Part shown: positions 1 to 11,984 of the stretch, piece by piece
Position numbering within the stretch: the first letter of the stretch is position 1
How the letters are laid out: the number at the start of each line of letters is the position of its first letter
Source of the DNA: Podospora anserina
Taxonomy: Eukaryota
NCBI GenBank assembly: GCA_017654855.1
Contig: CM030332.1
Span: 6,820,001-6,884,000, forward strand
Length of the DNA stretch: 64,000 bases
Reading direction: 5' to 3'
The notes under the pieces: model-generated
Seen by the model: the letters and a program-made list of their open reading frames with translations, nothing else
The model's database searches: none
What the model was told of the DNA's origin: nothing
Position numbers and translations under genes: made by a program

Positions 1-1635
1 ACCAAGGCAACTCGGAAAAAGAAGCCCGCGAAAGACGAATCCCCCGAGCGAGACTACAAGTTTGAGGCCGACCCAGAAGCAGATGGAGAATATGCCCCTG
101 GCGTCTACCGCACCCCAAAGAAGGCTCGTACCAGGGACGCCGTCACCCCCAGCAGCCGGCACAAAAAGACAGGCAACAAACCGGCAACCCCCTCCTCCCA
201 CCGCCGCATCGTCGTCAAAAAGCACCTTGAATTCACACCCCTAGCCACCCGAGTCCTCTCTCCTATGCACGTTCACGCCTCCCCATATCAGGTAGCCCGC
301 ACCCAGCTCCACGTCGCTTCAGTTCCCACCAGTCTACCATGTCGCGAATCCGAGTTCAGTCTCGTCTATTCGCACCTCGAAGCTGCCATCACCGACGGCT
401 CTGGAACCTGCATCTACATCTCTGGTACTCCGGGTACAGGCAAAACCGCCACCGTGCGCGAGGTAGTTTCCCACCTCGATGCCGCCGTTCGCGCCGACGA
501 GCTCGATGACTTTATCTTTGTCGAGATCAACGGCATGAAAATCACCGACCCCCATCAATCTTACGCCTTGCTGTGGGAAGCCCTCAAAGGCCAGCGCGTT
601 TCCCCGGCCCAAGCCCTCGACCTTCTGGAGCGAGAATTCAGCCACCCCTCCCCCCGTCGTGTGCCCTGCGTGGTGTTGATGGACGAACTCGACCAGCTGG
701 TGACCAAAAACCAGGGCGTCATGTACAACTTTTTCAACTGGCCCGGCCTCCGCCACTCCAGGCTCATCGTCCTGGCGGTAGCCAACACGATGGACTTGCC
801 CGAACGAACCCTCTCCAACAAAATCAGCTCCCGTCTTGGTTTGACGCGTATCACGTTCCCGGGGTACAACCACGAACAGCTCATGCGTATCGTCCAGTCT
901 CGCCTGGAAGGTGTCCCAGGTGACATCGTGGACCCGGATGCAATCCAATTCGCGGCGAGGAAGGTAGCTGCCGTCAGCGGTGACGCCCGCCGGGCTCTGG
1001 ATATCTGTCGACGAGCGGTCGAACTGGCGGAAGCAGACGCGAAAGTTAATGACCTTTCCGACGATGCCACGCCAAATACGCCGACGAAAACCCCCGCGAG
1101 GAAGAAGGACGAATCGCCCCAGAAAAAGAAGAAGAGTTCTGCTGGGAGGGTAACGATCGAGACTGTGCGAAGAGCTATCAACGAGGCCACTTCCAACCCG
1201 CTGCAGCAATACCTCCGCTCTTTGCCCTTTGCCTCGAAACTTTTGTTGACGGCGCTGTGCTTACGGATTCAGAGGACGGGGTTGGCGGAGAGTACGTTTG
1301 GGGATGTGCTCGAGGAGATGCAGCGGATGCTCAAGCTGTCGGTCAATGAGTCTCGGCCGTTGAAGTTATTGGAGAAAAGGGCTACAGGGCAGAAGGGGGA
1401 AGGGGCAGACGATGGAACAGGGTTGATGATTACAAAGGCGAAGCAGACGGGGCAGTTGATCAGACCGGCTGGGTTGGGTTCTGCTGCTGTTGATCTTACC
1501 GGGGCCGGGATTATCAATCTGGAAGGGCAGAGGCCGGAGAGGCCGAGCAAAATGAGGCTGGCGGTGGGGGATGAAGAGGTTAGGTTGGCGTTTAGGGATG
1601 ATCCTGAGATTAAAGGGGTGGGTGTGATGCTTTAA
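1..1635 (+). CDS. ORC1: Origin recognition complex subunit 1 (AAA+ ATPase), 5'-truncated by the window edge
   Basis: Frame 1 is open from base 1. Walker A (ISGTPGTGKT), Walker B (VVLMDELD), MYNFFNWP, ANTMDLPER, ISSRLG and SGDARRALDICRRA are ORC1/CDC6 motifs. The S/T-P-rich basic linker upstream favours ORC1. Confidence 0.93.
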   Translation, partial: TKATRKKKPAKDESPERDYKFEADPEADGEYAPGVYRTPKKARTRDAVTPSSRHKKTGNKPATPSSHRRIVVKKHLEFTPLATRVLSPMHVHASPYQVARTQLHVASVPTSLPCRESEFSLVYSHLEAAITDGSGTCIYISGTPGTGKTATVREVVSHLDAAVRADELDDFIFVEINGMKITDPHQSYALLWEALKGQRVSPAQALDLLEREFSHPSPRRVPCVVLMDELDQLVTKNQGVMYNFFNWPGLRHSRLIVLAVANTMDLPERTLSNKISSRLGLTRITFPGYNHEQLMRIVQSRLEGVPGDIVDPDAIQFAARKVAAVSGDARRALDICRRAVELAEADAKVNDLSDDATPNTPTKTPARKKDESPQKKKKSSAGRVTIETVRRAINEATSNPLQQYLRSLPFASKLLLTALCLRIQRTGLAESTFGDVLEEMQRMLKLSVNESRPLKLLEKRATGQKGEGADDGTGLMITKAKQTGQLIRPAGLGSAAVDLTGAGIINLEGQRPERPSKMRLAVGDEEVRLAFRDDPEIKGVGVML

Positions 1636-1750
1636 CGAAGAAAAAGATACCCATTTTGCATATGGACAGAAACTTTATAGACCACAGACGGTGTTTTGAT
1701 ATCTATGTTTCCACCCTTGATACAGTTTTGTCTAGGTACTGTGACATAAC

Positions 1751-2986
1751 CTATGGAAGATCAATCCCCTCCTCCTCCGCCTTTCGTTGAATATACTTCT
1801 TGACCTGTTCCCCCGTCCGTCAGCTACACATACCACATCAACCCCCGCACCACCACAAGACTTACATCAATCCCAGGCGCCACCTCCAAAGGCAGAAGCC
1901 CATCATTATCCTTCCTGTCCATCTCAGCCCCAGCTTTCATCAACACCACAGCCGCGTCACCTATTATCATCATCAGCCTTGAACCGTTCTCGCTGGAGAA
2001 GAATAGATAACATACCATGCCCCTCGGCAATAGCATGATGCAACGCCGTTTGTCCAGCTGAATCGCTGGCGTTCAGGGGACTTTTGTGCTTGAGAAACAG
2101 GTTGATCAAGGGGACCGAACCGACGGCGGCGGCGCGGTGGAGGGGGTACTGGCCTCGCTTGTCGCGGACGCGGACGGAAGCGGGAGGTTTGTGCTCTTCG
2201 AGGAGCTTGCGGGCGAGGTCGAGGTTGGACTTGGAGGCTATGAAGTGGAGAACTGTCTAGAGAGGAGTTAGGTGGTGGAAGGGGCAGGGGAGAAGGGGGG
2301 AGGGGATGTACTTGGCCGTTGTCATCTGGATTTTTGTTAATAAATGAGTAGCATGAGGACGGGAAGGGGGCATGTGCCATGTGGTAAAGTGTAAATGTGT
2401 GTGCTAATATGTGGTAAAGGGGTAATGTGGTAAAGGAGAAATCCGGTAGTGTGTTAAAGGGCCAATCAAGACGTGGTAGGGAAACATGGACGTACTTGTC
2501 TCATTCACGTCGGCATCTCTGGCAAGGAGGAGATCGACCACTCTGTCCGAGTCCTTGACGCTGGCTGCGATCATGAGAGGGGTCCAGCCCATGTCATCCT
2601 ACAAGTGAGGTCAAAATTGAGCTGTTCCAAGTAGCAGGTATGCTGGGAATATCTTATATACTTTGACGTCGACATCAAACCCTTTCTGTTGAACCAGGAG
2701 GTTGACAATCTCGTGGTGGTTGTACGAAGCCGCCCAGTGGATGGGAAGACGGCCATCGTCGTCTTTCAGCTTGGCGAGCTTGGGATTGGCCTGTTGGTGT
2801 GGTTAGACCGACCATATCATCATCACATGGCGGACAGCTACTTACATTCAGCAAAGACTCTACAACGGTCGCTATTCTGGGAGTCAGAGTCAAAGTCACC
2901 GGTTGAACACACACCGTTGGCTAGCTTCACTTGCCTTTCCCGTCACGAGCGGCTGCGTGGATGGCGAACTTGTCTTGATTTTCCAT
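1751..2986 (-). CDS. NAS6: Ankyrin-repeat 26S proteasome assembly chaperone (Nas6/gankyrin/PSMD10-like), 8 exons
   Basis: Hand splicing gives MENQDKFAIHAAARDGKATVVESLLNANPKLAKLKDDDGRLPIHWAASYNHHEIV...DDMGWTPLMIAAS...NDNGQTVLHFIASK...RDKRGQYPLHRAAAVGS...DSAGQTALHHAIAEGHGDAAVVLMKAGA...GIDLP*, a tandem ankyrin array typical of Nas6. Confidence 0.85.
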
Positions 2987-3394
2987 TTTGTCTCTGATTT
3001 GTTGGTATCTCCAGGTATCTAGTTGAAGTTAAAGAATGTAATTGTATTTAGTTGATTGCTGCTGAAGGCGGCGTCATATAAGTGATGCCTTCCACATCAG
3101 ACCACCCCGCCATAGCAGTGTCAAGAAGAAGGCACTGTGTGGGGCCCCTTCAACTACCCCTGTAGCTCTAGGCTGGCCCGAGCTTCAGCCACACGCCTGG
3201 AAATTTTGGGGATCCCAATGTCAACCGCGCATTGGACAGGCGGAGCCATCGCTATCGTTCATCATTATCATCATCGACGCGACGGAGAACTGCTTGACTG
3301 CGACAAATCCACCACCAGACACCGAAACTGACGGCCCAAAATTCCATCCACGACTATATCGAGTGACACGCTTACACAGCTTTAATTCTTCACC

Positions 3395-4950
3395 ATGGCA
3401 GCTGAGGTTGCCAACGGCGCTGGCCTCGAGACGGAAGTATCCCATCTCGAGTCCTTAATCCTGGCCAACGCCCGCAGATCGAAATCCATCTACGCCAACA
3501 CATCCACAGATTCGGGAAGGAAACGACTAAAGCTTGATCCCGGACTGGCATCAGAAGATCCCGACATCTCAAAAACATCCCTCTCCCTCCGCCTTCACGC
3601 CGAATATGAAGACGTTCAGACCCTACCCGAAGTCATCGCGAAGAAGCTCCCGGCTGCCGGTCCTCGCAAGAAGAAGCCAAAAGCAGCCGAAGAAGCACCA
3701 TCAAAGTCGGAGGAGCACGCGCGCAAATTGATAGAAGGGATACCGGCAAACAAGACCGGGCCTGGTTCCAACACTCTTGTCCTCTCCAGAAGACCAGGCG
3801 GCGCTGGCGCTGCTGGTGCTGGCGCAAAACCGAGCGCGAACCGCAACGACCCCCAAAATATGAGCCTCACCCGCCGACAAGACAACCTCCTCGCACAGCC
3901 CCGACCAGACTGGCACCCACCTTGGAAGCTCCAGCGCGTCATCAGCGGCCATCTCGGCTGGGTGCGAGCTCTCGCCGTCGAGCCAAACAACAAGTGGTTC
4001 GCCTCGGGCGCCGGCGACCGCACCATCAAAATCTGGGACCTGGCCTCTGGCCAACTCAAGCTCACCCTCACCGGTCACATCTCGACGGTCCGCGGCCTGG
4101 CGGTATCACCACGACACCCCTACATGTTCTCCTGCGGTGAAGACAAGATGGTCAAGTGCTGGGATCTGGAAACAAACAAGGTCATCCGTCACTACCACGG
4201 CCATTTGTCAGGTGTATACACCCTCAAGCTCCACCCAACCCTCGACGTCCTCGTCACCGGTGGCCGCGACGGCGTAGCTCGTGTATGGGACATGCGCACC
4301 CGAAGCAATGTCCATGTCCTGTCGGGCCACACCGGCACCGTCGCCGACCTTGTCTGTCAAGAAGCCGACCCCCAAGTCATAACCGGCAGCTTGGACTCCA
4401 CCGTCCGAATGTGGGATCTCGCCGCGGGCAAGACAATGGGCGTGCTGACCCACCACAAAAAGGGCGTCCGCGCCTTGACCACCCACCCAACCGAGTTCAC
4501 CTTCGCAACAGGCAGCACAGGGAGCATCAAGCAGTGGAAGTGCCCCGAGGGAGCCTTCATGCAGAACTTTGACGGCCACAACGCCATTATCAACACCCTG
4601 TCGGTCAACGACCAGAACGTGTTGTTTTCGGGTGGAGACAACGGGTCGATGAGCTTTTGGGACTGGAAGAGCGGGCATAGGTTCCAGGCGTTGGACACGA
4701 CGGCTCAGCCGGGCAGTTTGGATGCTGAGTCGGGGGTGATGAGCTCCATTTTTGACCATTCGGGGTCGAGGTTGATCTGTGGTGAGGCTGATAAGACTAG
4801 TAAGTTTTTTTCTTCTGACAAAATGGATGAGAGGGGGTTTATGTGCTAAACGTTGCGATAGTCAAAATCTGGAAAGAGGATCCCGATGCCACGCCAGAGA
4901 CACACCCGTTGGAGTGGAAGCCGACCTTGGCTGCTAGTAGGAAGTTTTAA
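3395..4950 (+). CDS. PRP46: Pre-mRNA splicing factor Prp46/PLRG1 (WD40)
   Basis: [21 protein letters not shown] followed by WD40 repeats and [10 protein letters not shown]. One intron near 4800-4861 restores ...[26 protein letters not shown]...RKF*. Confidence 0.95.
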
Positions 4951-5167
4951 GTTGAGGGATGAGGTTACGGGGTTATCGTACTTGTAATGAACATGTGTGA
5001 ACTGCATAGCGGCGCGGAACAAAAGAGTATAGGGGCTCGAAAATTGAAGAATCAGTGAGGTACATATTCAACCGCGCACACTACCAGATGTGATTAAACA
5101 ATGTTTGATATCCTCTACGAAATTACAACCGCAATGCCCATGCAAAATTTATAAATTGTCGTTCCGT

Positions 5168-5189
5168 CCCCCCCCCCCCCCCCCCCCCC
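5168..5189. repeat. Poly-C/poly-G homopolymer (~22 nt) just downstream of the SGM1 stop codon
   Basis: Seen directly in the sequence. Confidence 0.9.
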
Positions 5190-5206
5190 TTCCTCCCACC
5201 GCACAA

Positions 5207-7978
5207 CTACTTAATAGTCCTCTCCACCAGCTCCCTATACATAGCCTTAACATCCTCCACATCAGCTCTCAACTCCTCCACCTCCTCGCTCTTCTCCCCC
5301 AGCAGCTCCAGCGTGGTCTCATACCGCTCCTTCACCTCCCTCACCTCCCCCTCCAACACCCCCACCCTCTTCACCGCAGCACTGTTTTCCTCCACCTTCT
5401 TCATCATAGCCACAATCTCCGCCCTCGCCTCATCCCTCTGCTTCGAAATCCTCGACAACTCCTCCTTCGCCGCCACCTTCTCCGACTCCAGCCTCCTAAT
5501 CGCGGCGCTCATCCTCTCCACCAACTGAACCGACGGCCCGGCAGCAACAGTGGAGACGGAGACCATATCCTGCATGATGTTGTTCTTATCGTTATCCCTC
5601 CCGCCACTCCCACTGAAGGCGTCTTCCCCTTGCTGGATCTCCCGGTGGTTATTCAATATCGAAGGCGGGGCAGCCTCACTCGTAGGACTGAAAATAGACG
5701 TGGGACTGAAGATCCCACTGTTGCTCGTCGGGTGCGAGGGCAGAGTAGGGCGGGCAGGCGGTTGGGCCGAGGGTCTTCGACTAAAAGAACCCATTCCGGG
5801 GACGGGCAGCCCGATTCGGGAGTTGGCATCCCCCGCCTCGCTGTTGCTGGACTGCGCGCCAGAAATCTTCCTCGCCTTGCTGGTAAGGGTTTGGATGCCC
5901 AAGAAGTCGGTGCTAAATGTTCGCTGAGGGACGGCGGAGAGCTGAGGCGAGGCAGGGCGGCTGTCTGGTTTGAACAAGGGGGTGCCAGGGAGATCCTCGA
6001 GCCAGGAGCGGGGGCGCTCGACGATGGGTTGGTGAAAGCTGGTTTGGAGTCTTTCCTTTTCGGCTTCGAAGGCTTGCTTTTGCTTTTCGAGCTCAGACTT
6101 GGCTTCTGAGAGGGCCGTTTCAGCCGCTTCAGCACGTCTGGTGAGGGCGTCCAGTTGGGCTTGGTAGGATTGGACATCTTGTTGGATCGTGGGGATTTTG
6201 GTCTTGGTCTCTTCCAGTTCCTCTTCGTGGCGCTTTGCGCGGACGGCCTGCTGCATTGTCAGTAGTTGTCGGGGACTCATCGCACAGCATTCGAGACTTA
6301 CCGCCTCGCGAGCTTTCCGCCTCATGTCCGATTCTCTTTGAAGAGCCTCGTCTCTTTCCTTTTCCAGCCCAGCAATACGAGCCAGCAAATTGGTCTCAAT
6401 TCCCTGCCAGTTTTCACTCGCGATGGAGTACTGTGTCTGCAGCTGTTCGATCTGCCGCAGTAGTTTGGCTTGCGAGTCTCCAGCCACACCCGAAGATGCC
6501 TCCTCTGCTCGCATCCTCATGGCCTCGAGCTTCCCTTCCATCATCTGGACCTCAGCCTTTAGCTCCAACTCTTGCACACGGGCTCGCTCGTTCGCCCTTT
6601 CCACCTGCTCTCGAAGGTCGTTTGCTTGCGCTTTGGCACGATCTGCCACCAGAGTCTTTTCGACCTTGAGAGCGGCCACCTGCTCTTCCAGATCATCGAT
6701 ACGTCGCTTATCCTGTTCTCTCGGGCGTTCGTTTGCCTTGGTCGATAGCTCGTCTACTTGTTCTTTGGCTTTTTGCAGTTGACTTCTGAGGTCCGCGATG
6801 GTAGCATCCTTCGACCGTATCTCTGGTCGCAAGCTGCCGAGTTCCTTCTGAGCTTGATCATACTGCTTTTGTAGAACCACCTGTGATCTTTCCAGCTCAT
6901 CTGCTCGGCGAGCGCGCAGACGCGAATTATCCAACTCCTTGTCAGATTTGTCCTTTGCCATCTTCAGGTTGTTAATCTCCTTCTCACCCTCGCCAACTTT
7001 GAGCTGCAACTTCTTCATGATCGTACGGTGCTTTTGCTCAGTACTGGCGAGCTTCTTGCCCTCCTCCATGAGCTGGGCGATCTGCTGGTCCTTTTCCGCC
7101 AACTTCTTCTCGAGACTCCCAGCCGGTGCAGCAAGGGCGGCCTTCCTGGCTGAGTCTGTGGCCTCTCTCGCGAGAAACTGCAGTTTGGCTTCAAGAGCAT
7201 CGATGCGCTCTATGTAGCCATGAATCTCCTCCTGCTGCTGGGTCTGAGCCACGTCCGGCACATTATTGCCATCCTTCTGCGTTTCCTCGTCTCCAACTGT
7301 TGTTTGGTCGGGCTTGTTGGTAATGATCTCCTCTGTTTCAGGGGCAGGAGTAGGGGTGGGCGCTTCCACGGTTGGCGTGTTCAGGAGAGGCACTTCGGCT
7401 GGCGGTGGTGCATCGGGGGATACCTTCGCGCCGTTCGCATCATCTGTGACCCCCTGTTCCGTTGTTGTCCCATTCTTCAAGTCTTGATTGGTATCAACTT
7501 CCTTCACGGCATTATCTTGGGACGTTCTGACAACATCCAGGGAGCCCCGCGGCGAAGAAGTATCCCTTGGCGCATCCTTCAATGCTGGACTCGCCGGACC
7601 TATACTATCGATCGATGTGCGGCTCGCTGCGTCTAGACTTTGGCGCGGGCTTCCTTGCGCAGAAAGGGGCTTCTGACCGGCCGTTTTCGCAGCTATGGCC
7701 CGCGCAAGCCTTTCTTGGAGCCGATCGTTTGCGCGGGTGCTCGAGGAGGTCCTGGAGGGCCCTGCAAGGAATCCATACTGTCAGAAACCTACAGCCTTCT
7801 GGGAAGAGCTTCGATCATCAAGCATACCTGGCGATTGCTTCACTGGCGAAGCAGGAGGGGCGGGCTTGGCCTCCTTCGTTTGCGCCGAGCCATCATTGTC
7901 CTCGCTGAGTATATTATCCAGGCGAGCTTCCACACCAGCTACGGCTTGGGTCAGAAACGACCCCCATCGCGCGGCCAT
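5207..7978 (-). CDS. SGM1: Golgin, TATA element modulatory factor (Sgm1/TMF1 family), 2 introns
   Basis: N-terminal MAARWGSFLTQAVAGVEARLDNIL, KLAEKDQQIAQLMEEGKKLA, long coiled coil, and C-terminal RYETTLELLGEKSEEVEELRADVEDVKAMYR. Introns near 7764-7827 and 6248-6301. Confidence 0.88.
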
Positions 7979-9293
7979 TGTTCAAAATAACAACAGCACG
8001 GCAGTGCTCGCTATGACGTTGCCATACAAAGGCGGGGGACAACGGTATAAGTGCGGTGGTCGCCGTTACATTCGATCCATCACAAGTCGTCGTGGGAGGA
8101 GGGTAGATAGGTAGATAGGTACGACAGGCTCGCAATCTTCCGATGCCTGCTTCACTTGCAGCTTGTCGCTTTACATCCAGGTACACCGAGAAGCCAGAAT
8201 CCGGTCGTGACGCATGTCGACACAGTAAGACGAATTACTGTTGCGGAAGGGTTGGTCTCGTATTCTTCCTCAACACAAGTGCTTGGTCCTTGGCGAAAGG
8301 CCACGCCAAACTTACAGAGTGTCCAAGCCTTCCAGGGATTCGTAATTGCTCGGCAACTGTCAGCGAGGTGGGTCCTTGACTCCAGAGAGCCAATTGGATC
8401 CGCTACAGCTCTCGGTTCAGCCCTTCAGGTGGAGCCGACCTGCTTCAAAGTCAACGCACAGGCCATCCAAATCAGCATGACCAACAGCGTTTGTTGTTTG
8501 AGAATTCGAATTTCAAAGACTCCATCCAAGTATTTTGTTTTATAGCATGTTATACCACCGGAGATAAACTTTGACGGCAGCTTCTATATGACTGAAGCTT
8601 CCATTAACCCTCATGGCACCTTGATATACGGTGGTTAGAGATGTAAAAGTTGCCGAGAACGTGCATCATTACATCATCTGCCAGGATCCACCAGTATCGC
8701 AGTACTACATCTCTGAACATTCATAATTCAAGGTCGAGACGAGGCTTATCGTTATCGTTGCTTCCAAAGTTCCATGATTCTTGCTACTGCGTTCGAAAAG
8801 CAGGTTGGGAAACACCAACACAAAAGTTCACAGTGGAGAATAATACGTTGGCATGCCCCCAAGTTATAAATTTCAGGCCCTGCCTTCTAAGTTGCTGTCC
8901 AGTGTTTGATTCCGAACCAGCCGCTTCCGGCATCCTCCCTTCTAACCCTCCACCCTCGTTTTCCGGTTGAGCCGATATTTATCGGCTGACGGCACGCACA
9001 AGAACCTCACCTAGGCCGGGACCTCGTAAAATACTGGTTTTGATCCTGCGCTGGTTGTTGTTGCACCAACACACCTTCAAAACACACTCGATATTTACGT
9101 GCGTTACATATTGGCCCCGAGAACAGCAAGAAGAGGCCCAGCACAGCGGAACCGAGACGGATAACCAGCGCAACCCGTCTCTTGGCGTGCGCATTGTGCT
9201 CGAAGCTCAAACACCAGATCTCTGACCACTTTGTTGCCTTGCTTATTTCGCACCATTGTTATGAGACGCGGTGTCGCTTGAGTGTCGTACACA

Positions 9294-10584
9294 ATGGCAT
9301 TGGCTTCGGCATTTCGGATTCCCTACCGGGAGGCGCGAACTGGGTTTTGGGGGGAGCAAACGTCGACGTTGAACTGGTGTGAAGAGGTAAACAAACCCCC
9401 TTTTGCGCACCAACTAGTCGGAAAGCCTTGGCTGATCAGAACGTCTAGGACTACAACATCAGCTACTACTGTGCTGAAGTGGTCAACACACTTACAAACT
9501 TGGTTTTTATGTACCTTGGCTTCAAAGGACTACGCAATGTCATCAAGTATGCGCACTCCAAGGTGTTCATCCTCGTGTTTCTCGGCTACATTGTCGTGGG
9601 TCTCGGTAGCATGGCGTTCCATACTACGCTGAAGTGTAAGTTCTCCTTGAGTGATAGTGTACGTACTTGTCCTGTTCTAACGTGGAATGCAGATGAGATG
9701 CAACTCGCAGACGAACTCCCCATGATATACACCATCTGCATCATGGCATACGTAGCTTTTGGAACCAACAAGTCTCCTGCTGTGAAGGGTCTTCTTGCGG
9801 TATTCCTGCTGGGACTTGCCACTTTTATCACGGTTTATTATCTTTACGCAAAGGACCCAGTCTTCCATCAGGTGGCTTATGGTTTATTGACGGCGTCAAC
9901 AATTTTCCGCGGATTCCACGTCCTGGAAGGGTATGTCAAACAGAGGGTAATTGACTAGTGCGTATTTGAATTTGGCACACTAACTGTGAGACAGTGTGTT
10001 GCGACCAGCGTTCAAGAAAAGGAACCCTGCCACGTGTGACCAGCACATGAAGGAAATGTGGACACTGGCTCTGACAGGTATGTCCTACTTACACAATACC
10101 TATGGTTATACAGCAGGAGGCTGATTTTAAATGGCAAGGCATTTTCATGTTTCTGGCTGGTTTCCTCATCTGGAACATTGATAACGTCTTTTGTCACCAC
10201 ATCACGCAAACGAAGCAAAAGGTTCTTCTACCGTGGGCCATCATCTTTGAAGGGCATGGATGGTGGCACATCCTAACCGGTCTTGGTATGTTCCTCCTGC
10301 GCCCCTCATGCTTCCATGATAGGATAAATATGTCGATACTAACGCTGTGTGTAGGTGGTGCGTAATATCTCTTCAAAACCTAACCATTTCCATCCTTTTT
10401 GTTTTTTTCGTGTGCCCAAGGCTGACTCTGTTCCACAGCATACCATATGATTCTTTGGAGATTGTGGTCCAACTGTTGCCTGGAGGGGAAAGAGGACGAA
10501 TTTATGCTGGACTGGAAGCCGTTACGCACAATCCCGCAAGTGGTCCCGCGTACCAAGGGTGCAGCTCATCTCAAGACCCAGTGA
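9294..10584 (+). CDS. Alkaline (phyto)ceramidase, Ypc1/Ydc1/ACER3 family, multi-exon
   Basis: GFWGEQTSTLNWCEE|DYNISYYCAEVVNTLTN, GLGSMAFHTTLK, MQLADELPMIY and EGHGWWHILTGLGAY match CREST-family Zn-binding motifs; several transmembrane segments. Confidence 0.93.
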
Positions 10585-11431
10585 GGCGGCTCTGTCCTAC
10601 CTTCGGTGAAGATCACTATCCGGGATGATTCTTGATGGTGACGAGGGCCTTGTATATTGCCTATGTGCCCCACACCCCATACCCTGTTTGTGGCAAGGCA
10701 ACAGCATAGCAACGATACACCAAGTCGACTACGCGAAAAGGAGTCAAAAACAAGATCCTCGGATGACAAGCACGACTTCGGCAGGGCGGGGTCAAAGGTT
10801 GAGCTAAGAGATAAATTAAAAAACACCGGAATACAGGCAGAGCCTCATTTATGGAACATGGTAGCGGGCTAGAACTGCTATATAGTTACGATGGGCGTTA
10901 GTGATCACGGTTCCACATGATAGATGTTCGACTCGCGGACAAAATAATTAGGTTGAAACGTAAAATCAAGGGCTTGAAGGATAACGCAAACACTCTGGAT
11001 TTTTATTCCAGAGCTTTCCACTATAATTTAAAGCTCTATAATATATACCTAACGGTTATCTACTGTCCTGCTGAGGCCCTTCACCCGAGTAGCAATTCTC
11101 TAGTTGTGCCAACGGCGTCTGTCATGTGCGCGTAGCTGGTATTGGCACGGTGTTGAATTACACAACAATTACGTTACGGGTACACCGTTCTGCCTACGAG
11201 CCCAGCACCGCAACCTAAATTTCCATTTCCAACGGCCAGTGGAAGAGACCAGCAACGACACTGAGCCCCAGCAAAGTTGCTTTGACATCGACTGCATTTC
11301 CATTTGTTACCGCAACTCGCTCGGCCGCGGCACTTTCACGACATTTCACTGCCTGAACAATAAGCATCGCCTTGCTTTTCTTATCCTAATCTTGTTTGGC
11401 AGCCCAGTCAGCCTCATCACAACCACCCAAG

Positions 11432-11984
11432 ATGTCGATATCAAACGAAGCGCTGCAAAAGGCAAGTCACCTCTCACAGACAAGATGAGTGTTACAAATT
11501 CCGCCAGTTGGGCATCAACGCCTAATTATGAGTTTAACATGGCGGCAGGAAATTACATCAAACTAACCTTGGGCCTTTCACAGCTCGTCAGAGAGATTGA
11601 GTCGCAGGCCATCGCTGCGCAACAGCAAATCGGCCTGGTCCGCACTCAGATGGCGTCCAAGCAGCGTGAGATGCGGCTAGCCCAGCTGACGCGCAGCGAG
11701 ATCTCATCATTGCCACCCGACACGGCTGTCTACGAGGGAGTCGGGAAAATGTATGGCTTTCCTGTCTCGTGCTCGTTGCTTGAACCCCCTGGCTAACCAA
11801 CCTCCTTTGCTCCACTATCAGGTTCGTTGGGCTTCCGGTGCCCACGTTGCAGGAGAAACTGAGCTCTCAGGTCAAGGAGAATGAGACCGAGTTGGAGGCT
11901 CTGTCCAAGAGGCTGCACTACCTCGAGACGACGGACAAGAATAGCCGGGAGCACATTGAGAAGATGCTCAAGGGACAGGCTTAA
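11432..11984 (+). CDS. PFD1: Prefoldin subunit 1, 3 exons
   Basis: MSISNEALQK|LVREIESQAIAAQQQIG...LPPDTAVYEGVGKM|FVGLPV...LSKRLHYLETTDKNSREHIEKMLKGQA*. The YEGVGKMF motif is typical of prefoldin beta subunits. Confidence 0.9.

Noticed and set aside
334..1209. Long antisense or alternative-frame ORFs (also 5090-6109, 14356-15906, 38222-39232, 49907-50875, 55554-56342)
   Set aside because: They shadow well-supported genes and are explained by codon bias; no family motifs.
10861..10940. GTTCGACTC B-box-like motif suggesting a tRNA
   Set aside because: No T-stem or acceptor-stem pairing.
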